DNA from: Gemmatimonadota bacterium
Lineage (GTDB): Bacteria > Gemmatimonadota > Gemmatimonadetes > Gemmatimonadales > Gemmatimonadaceae
Length of the DNA: 51,284 nucleotides
Assembly (NCBI GenBank): GCA_040389905.1
Contig: JAZJZK010000019.1
Coordinates: 1-51,284, forward strand
Reading direction: 5' to 3'
This document shows, in pieces, positions 38,469-47,820 of the stretch. Made by a program: the position numbers and the translations under genes. Each line of letters begins with the position of its first letter. The stretch's first letter is position 1. The notes beneath the pieces are model-generated. The model was not told where the DNA came from. It saw only the letters and a program-made list of their open reading frames with translations, and made no database searches.

Positions 38469-39544
38469 CCGAGGGCGCTCCGCCGCGTGACGAGCAACTG
38501 GAGAATGGACGGCGCGACGTCCCCAAGGTTGCACACGCGATCGGCGCCGGCACGCTGGAAGGCCGCCAGCGGCATTCCGTATATGGTCGACGTCTCCCTG
38601 TCTTGAACGACGCCACTGCCACCAGCGTCCCGGATGGCGTGGAGCCCTTCTGATCCGTCGCGCCCCATCCCCGTCAGCACCACGCCGATCGACTGACGCC
38701 CGAATGCGGCGGCCACCGAAGTGAAAAGCGGGTCCGCAGCTGGGCGTACACCCCACATGGTGGGCCCTTCATCCAATACAATCTGGTGCGCTCCAGCAGA
38801 CTTGTGACGGACGCGCATGTGTTGGCCGCCTGGCGCCAGATAGACGCGATTCGCCTGCACGGCCTCTCCTTCCTGCGCTTCCGCCACGCGGAGGTGGCTC
38901 ATCGAGTCCAGACGGCTGGCGAGGCTGCGCGTGAAGCCAGCCGGCATATGCTGTACGACGAAGACGGCCGCATCGAGGTCCGCCGGCAAGTTCGGAATCA
39001 CCTCTGCCAGCGCGCGCGGACCACCCGTCGATGCCGCGATCGCGACTGCCCACGTCGCACCTGTACCGGTCGATTGCCGTGCACTGGTATCCACGAAGCG
39101 GGGACGCGCCAGCAACTGGACGCCGCCGAGATTGACCTGCGTCGCCGCGTGTAGCGCCGCGATGAGCGTCTCACCCACGCGCTCCAGATCCAGACTGATC
39201 GGTCCCGATGGCTTGCGAACGAAATCGATGGCGCCGATCTCGAGGCAGCGGAGCGTCAGGTCGGCGCCGCCGTCGGATCCCGCCGCGCTCAGCATGACCA
39301 CGGGACGCGGCGTCTCGCTCATGATGTAGCCGAGCGTCTGAAGCCCGTCCAACTCGGGCATCTCCACATCGAGCGTGACGATCTGCGGATCGAGGGAGTG
39401 AATCTGACGGAGCGCGTCGAGCCCGTTGCGCGCTGTCCCCACGACCCGAAAGTCCGGCGAAGCATCGATAATCTGGCTGATCATGCGCCGCATGAAGGCG
39501 CTGTCATCAACCACGAGTACCGACGCCGGCCGGCTAGATGACAC
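38465..39544 (-). CDS. cheB: Chemotaxis methylesterase CheB (REC + methylesterase)
   Basis: VVDDS, LDVEMP; catalytic motifs ASTGGP, QHMP, LTGMGRDG. Confidence 0.97.
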   Translation of the reverse strand: MSSSRPASVLVVDDSAFMRRMISQIIDASPDFRVVGTARNGLDALRQIHSLDPQIVTLDVEMPELDGLQTLGYIMSETPRPVVMLSAAGSDGGADLTLRCLEIGAIDFVRKPSGPISLDLERVGETLIAALHAATQVNLGGVQLLARPRFVDTSARQSTGTGATWAVAIAASTGGPRALAEVIPNLPADLDAAVFVVQHMPAGFTRSLASRLDSMSHLRVAEAQEGEAVQANRVYLAPGGQHMRVRHKSAGAHQIVLDEGPTMWGVRPAADPLFTSVAAAFGRQSIGVVLTGMGRDGSEGLHAIRDAGGSGVVQDRETSTIYGMPLAAFQRAGADRVCNLGDVAPSILQLLVTRRSALG

Positions 39545-40034
39545 GGTCGCCCTTCTTCAGCGAACGCACTTCGACGCGTCCGTCGTCGAGAAAGAAGTAC
39601 ACACTGCGACCGTAGTCCAGCCCGGTATCTTCGGCGAGCAGGGGAATCCCCGCACTGGCGAGCACTTCGCGCGTTGCCGCGACGTTCCGCTCGCCGACGT
39701 TGATGCCGTTGCCGGAAACCAGCGTGCCGAACATGCTTGCACCTCCCACGATCTTGGCGCTGATCCGCGCCGCGGGTGACGAGCCCAGCTTCCGCATCTC
39801 TGCGAGCATGACTGGGACGATCGTCTCCGGAAACTTGGCAGGATTGGCTGTCTCCCGCGACATGGCCTGGTTGGGAAGCAGGATGTGCGCGAGCCCGCCG
39901 ACCTTCGCCTCACGGTCATATAGCGCAATCGCCACGCAGGACCCCAGTCCGATCGTGGCGAGGACATGCTCCCCACGACGGACCGCGTAGTCCGCCACCT
40001 TCACGCGCACGTCCATCACCGGTGGAGCGCTCAC
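39534..40034 (-). CDS. cheD: Chemoreceptor glutamine deamidase CheD
   Basis: GLGSCV, GGLAHILLP, KIVGGASMF, NVGERN. Confidence 0.95.
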   Translation of the reverse strand: MSAPPVMDVRVKVADYAVRRGEHVLATIGLGSCVAIALYDREAKVGGLAHILLPNQAMSRETANPAKFPETIVPVMLAEMRKLGSSPAARISAKIVGGASMFGTLVSGNGINVGERNVAATREVLASAGIPLLAEDTGLDYGRSVYFFLDDGRVEVRSLKKGDRVI

Positions 40035-40849
40035 AGGGGCCGGAACACGCGTTCACGTCCGTCCACGGCCACGAAGCGCGTGCGTGCCGCGCCAAGCAGC
40101 GTCTCCACCTTGCCCAGCACGAGGAAGCCATTCGGCGCCAGCGCCGAGTGGAATTTCTCGAACAACCGTTCCTGTGTTTCCCGATCGAAGTAGATGAGCA
40201 CGTTGCGGCAGCAGATCAGATGGTGCACGCCGGGCGGCGGAGACTCGGCGAGGAGGTCGCGACGCTCGAAGCGGACGAGACGTCGCACGTCGGCGTCGAT
40301 CGTGAACGGCGCCGCCGGAGCAAAGTATCGGCGCCGGAGCTCGTCTGGTGTATCGGCGAAATCGCCCTCCTCGAAGGTGCCCGTCTCCGCCGCCGCCAGG
40401 CATCGGGCATCGATATCGCTCCCGAGCACGCGCACCCGGCGCGCGACGGCATCGAGCTGCCCGATCTTTTCCGCGTGACGGTGAAACAGGGCGGCGAGGG
40501 AATAGGGCTCTTCGCCGGAAGAGCAGCCGGCGCTCCAGACGTTGATCGTCGGAATGGGACGCTCCCACAGCGCCGGCACGACCTTCTCGGCGATGACGGC
40601 GTAGGTCTCCCAGTTCCGAAAGAGCTTGGTGACGTTGATCGTGAGCGCGTCGAGCAGGCGCTCATACTCTGCGCTGTCAGCGTCGAGCACTCGCGCGTAG
40701 TCCGCATAGGTATGGACGCCGCGCGCGCGCATTCTTACGGCAATGCGGCGACGCAAGCACTTTTCCTTGTAGCTCGCGCAGCCAAACCCTTTGTCGCGCG
40801 AAATCTTGTCGGTCAACTCGAGAAAGCCGGCGTCCGTCAGGTCGCTCAC
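40031..40849 (-). CDS. cheR: Chemotaxis methyltransferase CheR
   Basis: TINVTKLFR, WSAGCSSGEEPYS, CRNVLIYFD. Confidence 0.97.
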   Translation of the reverse strand: MSDLTDAGFLELTDKISRDKGFGCASYKEKCLRRRIAVRMRARGVHTYADYARVLDADSAEYERLLDALTINVTKLFRNWETYAVIAEKVVPALWERPIPTINVWSAGCSSGEEPYSLAALFHRHAEKIGQLDAVARRVRVLGSDIDARCLAAAETGTFEEGDFADTPDELRRRYFAPAAPFTIDADVRRLVRFERRDLLAESPPPGVHHLICCRNVLIYFDRETQERLFEKFHSALAPNGFLVLGKVETLLGAARTRFVAVDGRERVFRPL

Positions 40850-42469
40850 CTAGAGCACCTGCCGGACAGCTTCGAGGTTGGTCCGTACGATCGCATTGCC
40901 CGGGTCGAGGACGAGCGCCTGCTCCCAGCACCGAACGGCTTCTTCACGCTCCTGCCGCTTGAAGCGAATGTTGCCGAGCTTGAGGTACACGTCGTCTCCG
41001 AGAGATGCGTTGAGCTTGATGGCGCGTTGGTAACATTCGAGCGCCTCATCATAGCGTGCAGCGCGATAATGCTGATCACCGAGATTTTTGTGGAGCTGCG
41101 GCAAGCCGGTGTCTTCCTGCACGCCACGCTCCGCCGCCTGCATTGCTTCCGGATGATACCCACGGCGCTCCTGCACGGCCGCCATGTTGTTGTGCAATGG
41201 CGCGGCGTGCGGATGCGCCGCAATCCCTTCGAGCAGCAGCGAGTGCGCACGCTCCAGGTCACCGAGCAGCGCGGCGGTCAGCGCCGAATAGTGGAACCAC
41301 GGTGCCGTGGGCGGTCGCGTACCGAACAATGGACGCGCCGCGAGGAGTGCGGAGTCCGCAGTCATGACGTCGCCAGCCCGCAACGCGACGACGCCCAGTG
41401 ACGTCTGGATGCGGGGATCCTTGGCGCCACCGCGGCGCACCGCACCGTCGAGCGCGGCCTTCGCCTCTTCGTAGCGACCGAGCCGCTCGAGCGCGTGCGC
41501 GAGATTGTGGTACGCTGCCGGCCGCGCACCAGGCTGACCGACGCAATCGCGGAAGGCGGCCACTGCTTCGTTCCATTTCGCCTGGCGCATGAGCGCGAGA
41601 CCAATGTAGAAGCGCGCTTCAGCGTCGTGCTCGCGGAGCTCCGTGACGCGGCGAAACTCGCGCATCGCCTCGTCGAGCATACCCGTCTTGTAAAACGCGA
41701 TGCCGAGGTTGCGGTGCTCGTCGACGCGCGCGTCGCTCACGGCGGGCTCCACCGCCTTGCTCTTCCCGATTCGGTGTGCGAAGCCGGCGGTGACGAGGCC
41801 ATAAATCGCCTTACCGACGTCGAACTCGCCGAGGCCGGAGTCCTCGATGACGGCGGTGACATCACGCCGGCCGTCGAGCAACTCCATGACGGCCTGCTGG
41901 TCTTTCGTCAGCTCGACGCCGCTCTCATCGAGCTTGGTGTGATCGACGTCGAAGACGAGATCGAGGCTCGAGATTTTCTTCTCGATCAGGCTCCATTCGT
42001 CCACGCGACGCGCACCCTCGAGCAGGAGCGACTCGGGATTGATCGACACGAGGAGGTCCTGCTCTTCCGGGCGGACGTCCGCCTCGAAGTTGAACGTCCC
42101 CTGCGTCCACGTGAACAGATAGTAGACGGCTTCCTCGATCTGGAGACGGATCTGCGCATACAGGATTTCGCGGGTGACCGCGCCCTGCGCGATGAGCAGT
42201 TCGCCGATGCGCTTGTCGCGGTGCAGCGACTGCGCGCTGATCGCCGAGTCGAGCTGCGCCTGCGTAATCGCGCCGCCCTTCAGCAGAATGTCGCCGAGCC
42301 GATCGCGACGATTCACGATCGACGCGTACGAGATCAAGCCCTTGTCGAAATAGACATAGCCGAAGTTGTTCCTGTGCGTAACGGCCAGGCACCCCGACTT
42401 CTTCCCCATCGAGAGAAGCTGGAGGACATCGGGAAGACTCGCTTCCTTGAGGCTGCCCTTGATCGCCAT
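40850..42469 (-). CDS. DUF4388 (PATAN-like) + MshEN-like + TPR protein
   Basis: GSLKEASLPDVLQLL, WTQGTFNFE, LLLEGARRVDEW; tandem RLG/RIG motifs; C-terminal TPRs. Start moved to ATG 42469 (TAATG overlap). Confidence 0.85.
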   Translation of the reverse strand: MAIKGSLKEASLPDVLQLLSMGKKSGCLAVTHRNNFGYVYFDKGLISYASIVNRRDRLGDILLKGGAITQAQLDSAISAQSLHRDKRIGELLIAQGAVTREILYAQIRLQIEEAVYYLFTWTQGTFNFEADVRPEEQDLLVSINPESLLLEGARRVDEWSLIEKKISSLDLVFDVDHTKLDESGVELTKDQQAVMELLDGRRDVTAVIEDSGLGEFDVGKAIYGLVTAGFAHRIGKSKAVEPAVSDARVDEHRNLGIAFYKTGMLDEAMREFRRVTELREHDAEARFYIGLALMRQAKWNEAVAAFRDCVGQPGARPAAYHNLAHALERLGRYEEAKAALDGAVRRGGAKDPRIQTSLGVVALRAGDVMTADSALLAARPLFGTRPPTAPWFHYSALTAALLGDLERAHSLLLEGIAAHPHAAPLHNNMAAVQERRGYHPEAMQAAERGVQEDTGLPQLHKNLGDQHYRAARYDEALECYQRAIKLNASLGDDVYLKLGNIRFKRQEREEAVRCWEQALVLDPGNAIVRTNLEAVRQVL

Positions 42470-44391
42470 TAGCGGAGCTCCTCGACGAGACGCCCAGCGA
42501 CGTCGGGCCACTCCCAGACGATCTTCTCATCATCGAGGAAGAAGGTATCGGCGGCTTGTCGCACGCTCAGTGGCGCGGTCGAGGGTGTGAGCCCCGATGG
42601 CTCGAGCACCTTCCGCGCGGCCAGCAGGTTGAGCGGGCCGCCGGTGACCTCGAGTCCCGCGCGCAGCCGCTGCACCGTTCCCATCAACTCGCGCACGCTC
42701 GCGGCCGGCCGGTCGGCGAGGTAGGCAACGAGCTCGGTCGGCGCGTCGAGTCGTGCGTCGGCGAGAAAACGCACGAAGAGTTTCTCGCGCAGCGCGCGGT
42801 CCGGAAGGCTCAGCTCCGCGACGAGCCCGCCCTCGAAGCGCGAGCGCAGGCGATCCTCGAGACCGTTCATCGCCTTCGGCGACACGTCGCTCGCAAAGAC
42901 CAGTTGCTTGCCGGCGGCGTGAAAGTGATTGAAGACGTGAAACAGCTCTTCCTGCGTGCGCTCCTTCGACGCGACGAACTGCACATCGTCGATGAGCAGC
43001 GCATCCGCGGCGCGATAGCGGGCCCGGAAGCGCTCGATCGTGCCGTCCTGGAGCGACGCAATCAGTTCGTCGATGAAGAGTTGCGCGCTGACGCACGCGA
43101 TCCGCCCGGGCACATCCGACCTGGCCGCCAGTTCATTGCCGATCGCGTTGAGGAGGTGCGTCTTCCCCACCCCGCTCGGACCAAGCAGGAACAGGGGATT
43201 GTATCGGTGCCCTGGCTCCGAAATGACGGCGTCGGCTGCGCGCACCGCCATCTGATTCGAGCTTCCTTCCTCGAAGGCGGCACGCGCAAAGGCGGGTTGC
43301 GGTCCACCAGGAGGCACAGCGCCGGCAAGCGCGTGTTCGACGAACGCCATTGCTTCGCTCAGACGTGCCGGATCGCGAAACAGCTCATGCCCGCCGAGCC
43401 GAGGATCGACGGTCGTGATTTGCCGTTCGAGCTCGCGCAACTGCTCCACCGCCTGGCCGAAGCCGCGCAGCACGGACTCGTAGTTCGGCGGCGGCGCAGC
43501 CTGCGCCATCATGTGGTCGAGCACGCCGGTCTTGTACCCTTCGCCCCCCCAGAAGGCGATCGCCTCACCGATGTGCACCTTCCACGGCTCGACATGTGCC
43601 GCGACAGCGCTTGCGATGTCCGTGAGAAAGTTGAAAAACTCGTCGGTCTCGATCGACGTGCGGGCGGGTGGCGGCGCCGGTTCCGGGATGCCCGCGAGCG
43701 CGCGCACCTGTGCGGGCGTGAGCGTACCGTCGAGTGCCTGATGCGCGCTCAGCTTGTTCATGGCGCCTTGCAGCTCGCGGATGTTCGCGAACTCGACGCG
43801 GGCCAACTCCTCGATGACGCCAGGCGCGAAGGAGATTTTCCGCTCTTCGCACTTGCCGCGCAGGATGGCAACGCGCGTCTCGAAATCGGGCGCCCCGATG
43901 TCGACGATCAGGCCGCCGCTCAGGCGGCTGATCAGCCGCTCGTCCACGTCGGAGATCTCCGCCGGCGGACGGTCGCTCGTCATGATGATCTGGCGGCCGC
44001 TTCCCTGCAGCGAGTTCAGGAGCCGCAGGAGCTCGCTCTGCGTCTCACGGCGGCCGGTGAGGAACTGGACATCATCGACGAGCAGAATGTCCACGCGCCC
44101 ATAGCGCTGCTTGAAGCGCTCCATCTCGCCCGAGGCGATGGCGGCGTGCAACTGCTGGACGAAGTCTTCGAGCGCCACGTATTCGACGCTCAACTCCGGC
44201 GCGCGCTGAATCGCGTGATTGCCAATGGCACCGATCAGGTGCGTCTTGCCGAGCCCCGAACTGCTGTAGATGAAGAGCGGGTTATACACCTGGCCCGGAG
44301 ACTCCGACACCGCGCGCGCCGCCGCGACGGCAAGCCTGTTGGCCGTGCCGACAACGTAATTATCGAAGCGCGCGCGCGGATCGACCTGCAT
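42469..44391 (-). CDS. Tandem DnaA/Hda-type AAA+ protein (two ATPase domains, no DnaA domain I or IV)
   Basis: Copy 1: YNPLFIYSSSGLGKTHL, LVDDVQF, RLISRL, NIRELQG. Copy 2: YNPLFLLGPSGVGKTHL, LIDDVQF, RLRSRF, SVRELMG. Start moved to ATG 44391 after the mglA stop. Confidence 0.9.
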   Translation of the reverse strand: MQVDPRARFDNYVVGTANRLAVAAARAVSESPGQVYNPLFIYSSSGLGKTHLIGAIGNHAIQRAPELSVEYVALEDFVQQLHAAIASGEMERFKQRYGRVDILLVDDVQFLTGRRETQSELLRLLNSLQGSGRQIIMTSDRPPAEISDVDERLISRLSGGLIVDIGAPDFETRVAILRGKCEERKISFAPGVIEELARVEFANIRELQGAMNKLSAHQALDGTLTPAQVRALAGIPEPAPPPARTSIETDEFFNFLTDIASAVAAHVEPWKVHIGEAIAFWGGEGYKTGVLDHMMAQAAPPPNYESVLRGFGQAVEQLRELERQITTVDPRLGGHELFRDPARLSEAMAFVEHALAGAVPPGGPQPAFARAAFEEGSSNQMAVRAADAVISEPGHRYNPLFLLGPSGVGKTHLLNAIGNELAARSDVPGRIACVSAQLFIDELIASLQDGTIERFRARYRAADALLIDDVQFVASKERTQEELFHVFNHFHAAGKQLVFASDVSPKAMNGLEDRLRSRFEGGLVAELSLPDRALREKLFVRFLADARLDAPTELVAYLADRPAASVRELMGTVQRLRAGLEVTGGPLNLLAARKVLEPSGLTPSTAPLSVRQAADTFFLDDEKIVWEWPDVAGRLVEELR

Positions 44392-44393
44392 GC

Positions 44394-45008
44394 CTACTTC
44401 GTCGCCCCCGCGGGTGCGGAACCCGCACTGAGGCGGCGCAGCACGATTTCCGATATGCCGCGCAGGGTTTCGAACACCCCAGGTCCGTGGAGCGCGTCCG
44501 CAGGAAACTCGGGAACGTCCCGAAAATTGATGGCGTCGGACAATTCGCTCACCGGAAGAATCAGGTCGGCGGGAAGGTCCTGCTTGTTGTACTGGACAAC
44601 GAGCGGCATCACGCGTGGATCGATGCCCTGATCGGACAGATTGGCGTGGAGATCCTGAAAGCTCTCGATGTTCTCCTCGAGCTGGCGCGCCTGGCTGTCG
44701 GCAACGAAGACCACGCCGTCCGCACCTTGCAGCACCAGCCGGCGGGTCGTCTGGTAGTACACCTGGCCGGGCACCGTGTAGAGCTGGAATTTCGTGGTGA
44801 AGCCGGAGATCGAGCCGAGGTCGAGGGGAAGGAAGTCGAAGAACAGTGTCCGGTCGGTCTGCGTCGCCAGGGACACCATTTTCCCTTTCCGCTCCTCCGG
44901 AACCTGACTGTAGATATAGTGCAAATTCGTCGTTTTCCCCGAGCGACCAGGCCCGTAGTAGACGATCTTGCAAGTAATCTCGCGCGTGGCGTAGTTGACG
45001 AGCGACAC
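44394..45008 (-). CDS. mglA: MglA small GTPase
   Basis: KIVYYGPGRSGKTTNL, TDRTLFFDFLP, YTVPGQ, YNKQDL; closely follows the myxobacterial MglA pattern. Confidence 0.96.
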   Translation of the reverse strand: MSLVNYATREITCKIVYYGPGRSGKTTNLHYIYSQVPEERKGKMVSLATQTDRTLFFDFLPLDLGSISGFTTKFQLYTVPGQVYYQTTRRLVLQGADGVVFVADSQARQLEENIESFQDLHANLSDQGIDPRVMPLVVQYNKQDLPADLILPVSELSDAINFRDVPEFPADALHGPGVFETLRGISEIVLRRLSAGSAPAGATK

Positions 45009-45035
45009 GAGGTAGTCGGGTAGCGCGGTTGCGGC

Positions 45036-45509
45036 CTAAGCGCGGCCGAAAAGGACAGCGAGGTTGCGATTCAGATCCCGCTCGAAATGCTCCGCGAGCG
45101 CCGGAGCGGGCGCGGGACCATCCGGCGGTGCGGCTGCCGCCAATCCTGCGACCAACTCGTCAAAATACAGTCGAACCAGCCCGAGCGAGCTTTCGTGCCC
45201 GAACACCGTCAGGAAAATGTACGCGCCGCGCGGCGACCGTGCTTCTGCAATGAATATTTGGCGGACGCGGCCCGCATGGTGCAACCCCCCGAACGGCCGG
45301 TCATCGACGAGTCGTCCCAGCGCCACGCTCGTGGCATGAATGCCAGCCGCGAGCGCGCATGCCGACATGACATCGACGGAGCGGGTGAAGCCATGCTGCG
45401 CAAGCACGTGCCCGCTGGGGTGCAGCAGCAGTGCGAGGTGCACGCCCGCATCATCCACAAACTGGCGGAGGGGCGCCTCGATCCACGACTCGACGACGGT
45501 GGTATTCAC
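45036..45509 (-). CDS. mglB: MglB-like roadblock/LC7 protein (GAP)
   Basis: ALAAGIHATSVALGRLV...F...HHAG...SSLGLVRL resembles MglB; immediately upstream of mglA. Confidence 0.8.
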   Translation of the reverse strand: MNTTVVESWIEAPLRQFVDDAGVHLALLLHPSGHVLAQHGFTRSVDVMSACALAAGIHATSVALGRLVDDRPFGGLHHAGRVRQIFIAEARSPRGAYIFLTVFGHESSLGLVRLYFDELVAGLAAAAPPDGPAPAPALAEHFERDLNRNLAVLFGRA

Positions 45510-45880
45510 CGTTCCGCACCTCGAGCAATGACCGCGAGCTCGGAGATCGCACGCAACATTTCCACTCGCACCATGCCCACATTGACCGCGGTCTTTGCCA
45601 CGACGACGAGCACCAGTTCACCCGACCCCACTGCGCAAATACGGCCCACCGGCGCCTCGAGCTGCATGAATGAGACGGCGCCCATTCCCGCGGCGCGGGC
45701 GGACAGCCGCGCCTTGCGGTACAGCGACGCAGCCAGCGCAGCGACGCGATCCTCGGCAAGGCCGATGTGCAGATTGCCGTCGATCACGATGCCGTCCTGC
45801 TCGCTGACGACCAGCGCGGCCGTTACGCCACGCTGCCGGGAAAGCGTCTGTAGCATCCCGGCGAACGGGCTCGCCATCAT
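45506..45880 (-). CDS. Roadblock/LC7 domain protein
   Basis: GVTAALVVSEQDGIVI, VAALAASL, NVGMVRVEM; start ATG 45880 (GGAGG SD, ATGA overlap). Confidence 0.85.
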   Translation of the reverse strand: MMASPFAGMLQTLSRQRGVTAALVVSEQDGIVIDGNLHIGLAEDRVAALAASLYRKARLSARAAGMGAVSFMQLEAPVGRICAVGSGELVLVVVAKTAVNVGMVRVEMLRAISELAVIARGAER

Positions 45881-46692
45881 ACCCCACCTCCAAGCCAGGC
45901 AGCGGCGCGCGCTGCGCACCGGTCGCTCAGCCGGCGCACCAGGCCGAGCGGGGTGGCACGCGACGTTGCGAGCAGCAACAAGCCGTCCTGTCCAGCCGGC
46001 GCCATGGCGACAACTGCGACCTCCGTCTCGAAGATGATCGACGTCCAATCGCCCATCGCCAGGTGACGCGTGGCACGGCGCGCGGCATCGGTGACGCCAC
46101 TCAACTCGGCGCCGATATCCTGACCCACGTCCGTTCCGTCCGCATCGTAGTACGCGCCGGCAAGCACAAAACCCTGGCTGTCGAGCAGGAGCGCCGTCTG
46201 CCCTTCTTCATTCAGGACGTCGGCGAACAGGTAGCGACTGTCCTTGGCGAGCGAGGCAGGTACGACGGAGGCCGGCGCGCGGGGTGGAGTGGCACGCTGC
46301 TCTCGCAGGTGCTCGAGGGCGCTTGCCAGCTCTCGGTCGAGCGGATCCGCTGTCGCAGCGGCGGCAAGGTACCGTTCCGCGTCGGCAAATCGCCCTCCGT
46401 GAAAACAGAGAAAGCCCATGCCCTTGAGCGCGCCGAGATGCGCGGGCGCGAGGCGAAGGACCATGTCCCACTCATCGAACGCGCGCTCGAGTTCGCCCCG
46501 ATCCGCACTGATCCGCGCGAGCAAATCATGCCCGTCGGCGAAGTGCGGATGCCGCTCCAGTCCACGAAGCGCCACCTTGAGCGCCAGATCGGTCTGCCCC
46601 TGACGACGGAGGGCGTCACCCAAGGGCACGAATACGCGACTCCCTGGATCGCGCGCCAGCTCTTCGCTCATTCGCGTGATCTCGTCAGCCAT
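45877..46692 (-). CDS. TPR + roadblock/LC7 fusion protein
   Basis: DPGSRVFVPLGDALRRQG TPR N-terminus; ALLLDSQGFVLAG...PLGLVRR roadblock C-terminus. Confidence 0.82.
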   Translation of the reverse strand: MADEITRMSEELARDPGSRVFVPLGDALRRQGQTDLALKVALRGLERHPHFADGHDLLARISADRGELERAFDEWDMVLRLAPAHLGALKGMGFLCFHGGRFADAERYLAAAATADPLDRELASALEHLREQRATPPRAPASVVPASLAKDSRYLFADVLNEEGQTALLLDSQGFVLAGAYYDADGTDVGQDIGAELSGVTDAARRATRHLAMGDWTSIIFETEVAVVAMAPAGQDGLLLLATSRATPLGLVRRLSDRCAARAAAWLGGGV

Positions 46693-47818
46693 CCGCGTGC
46701 GCCTCGAGCATGTGCTGGAGCCGCGTGAGCAGTTCCAACGCGGCGTTCACGCGAGAAACCTGCGGCGACGCCGGCGCGAGCCGGATAAAGTGCTCCCAAC
46801 TCGCGCGCGCGTTCGCGAAATCGCCAACTCGAAGCGCGGCGAAACCCAGATCGAGGTGGACCTCGGGCGTGATGGGATCGGCCTGCACCGCGCGCCGAAG
46901 CTCCTCGACCGCCTCGACAGCGCGCGAGAGGCGGCCTAGCGCCCGCGCCACGAGCAATCGGGCGTCAGTCGAATCGCGTCCGGTCTCGATGGCGGCACGA
47001 GCGCGCGCAATCGCCTCCTCGTAGTGCCCCGCGTCGAACGCCTCCTGCGCTTCGAGGATGACCTTGGTTTCCAAGTCCACGACACGCGTGCGTGTGGACG
47101 CGTGCTCGTGGGCCCGGACCGTCGCGACACCGGTGCTGATCAGACCATACGCAATCCTCGCGATGTCGAACTCGCTCGAGCCGAGCGCGCCGGCGATGTC
47201 CCGGAGGTCCCGTTCGCCATCGATCATCATGAGGACCTGCCACTCATGCGGCAGGAGATCCAGCATCGCCGACCGATCGTCGTCAACGGGTGCCAGCATC
47301 GGCACGATGCCCAGGCTCGGTACCTTGTCCGCGATGCGCGACCACTCGTCGATGCGGCGGGCACCTTCCATCAGCAACGATTCGGTCGAGATACGAATCC
47401 GTGCATCGAGCGGCACATCATTGACGGGACGCTCTTCGAACGAAAAGAATCCCTCGCGCCACGACATCAGCTCGAAGATCACGTTCTCGATCGCCAGCCT
47501 GAGCTGCCGCTCGAGCTCGCGTTGCGTGATGACGCGCGCCATGACGAGCCGGTCGCCCAAGCCAGGACCATCGCCGAGCGCCGCGGCCGCCGCGAGTTCG
47601 GCGTCGTTGATCCGTCCAGCCTGGCGAAGGATCCGCTCGATCGAGGTGGGATTGCTCTGGATGCTCGCGTGAATGACGCGGCCACCGTCGAACAGCACGA
47701 TGCCCTCGTCATCGCGCAGCTCCGACGTGACACGCAGCGCGCCCGTCTTCCGGCTCAGGTCGAGCAGCTGAAAGACGTCGTGGATTCCGAGCTCGCGCAG
47801 CGGCCCTTCGATCGCCAT
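46685..47818 (-). CDS. DUF4388 + TPR protein
   Basis: GPLRELGIHDVFQLL, WREGFFSFE, LLMEGARRIDEW; paralogous to 40850-42469. Confidence 0.85.
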   Translation of the reverse strand: MAIEGPLRELGIHDVFQLLDLSRKTGALRVTSELRDDEGIVLFDGGRVIHASIQSNPTSIERILRQAGRINDAELAAAAALGDGPGLGDRLVMARVITQRELERQLRLAIENVIFELMSWREGFFSFEERPVNDVPLDARIRISTESLLMEGARRIDEWSRIADKVPSLGIVPMLAPVDDDRSAMLDLLPHEWQVLMMIDGERDLRDIAGALGSSEFDIARIAYGLISTGVATVRAHEHASTRTRVVDLETKVILEAQEAFDAGHYEEAIARARAAIETGRDSTDARLLVARALGRLSRAVEAVEELRRAVQADPITPEVHLDLGFAALRVGDFANARASWEHFIRLAPASPQVSRVNAALELLTRLQHMLEAHADG

Positions 47819-47820
47819 GC

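Noticed and set aside
42469..44391. Chromosomal dnaA / oriC
   Set aside because: No domain IV, no dnaN/recF/gyrB neighbours and no DnaA-box cluster.
42556..44631. 691-aa + strand ORF and similar long antisense ORFs (12968-14164, 14542-15561, 21388-22590, 26245-27447, 40022-41401)
   Set aside because: Shadow frames opposite well-supported genes in GC-rich DNA; no recognisable motifs.
44392..44973. 194-codon N-terminal extension of the DnaA-like ORF overlapping mglA; possible -1 frameshift fusion
   Set aside because: Extension is low-complexity, ATG 44391 follows the mglA stop by 2 nt, and I found no in-frame X XXY YYZ slippery site.
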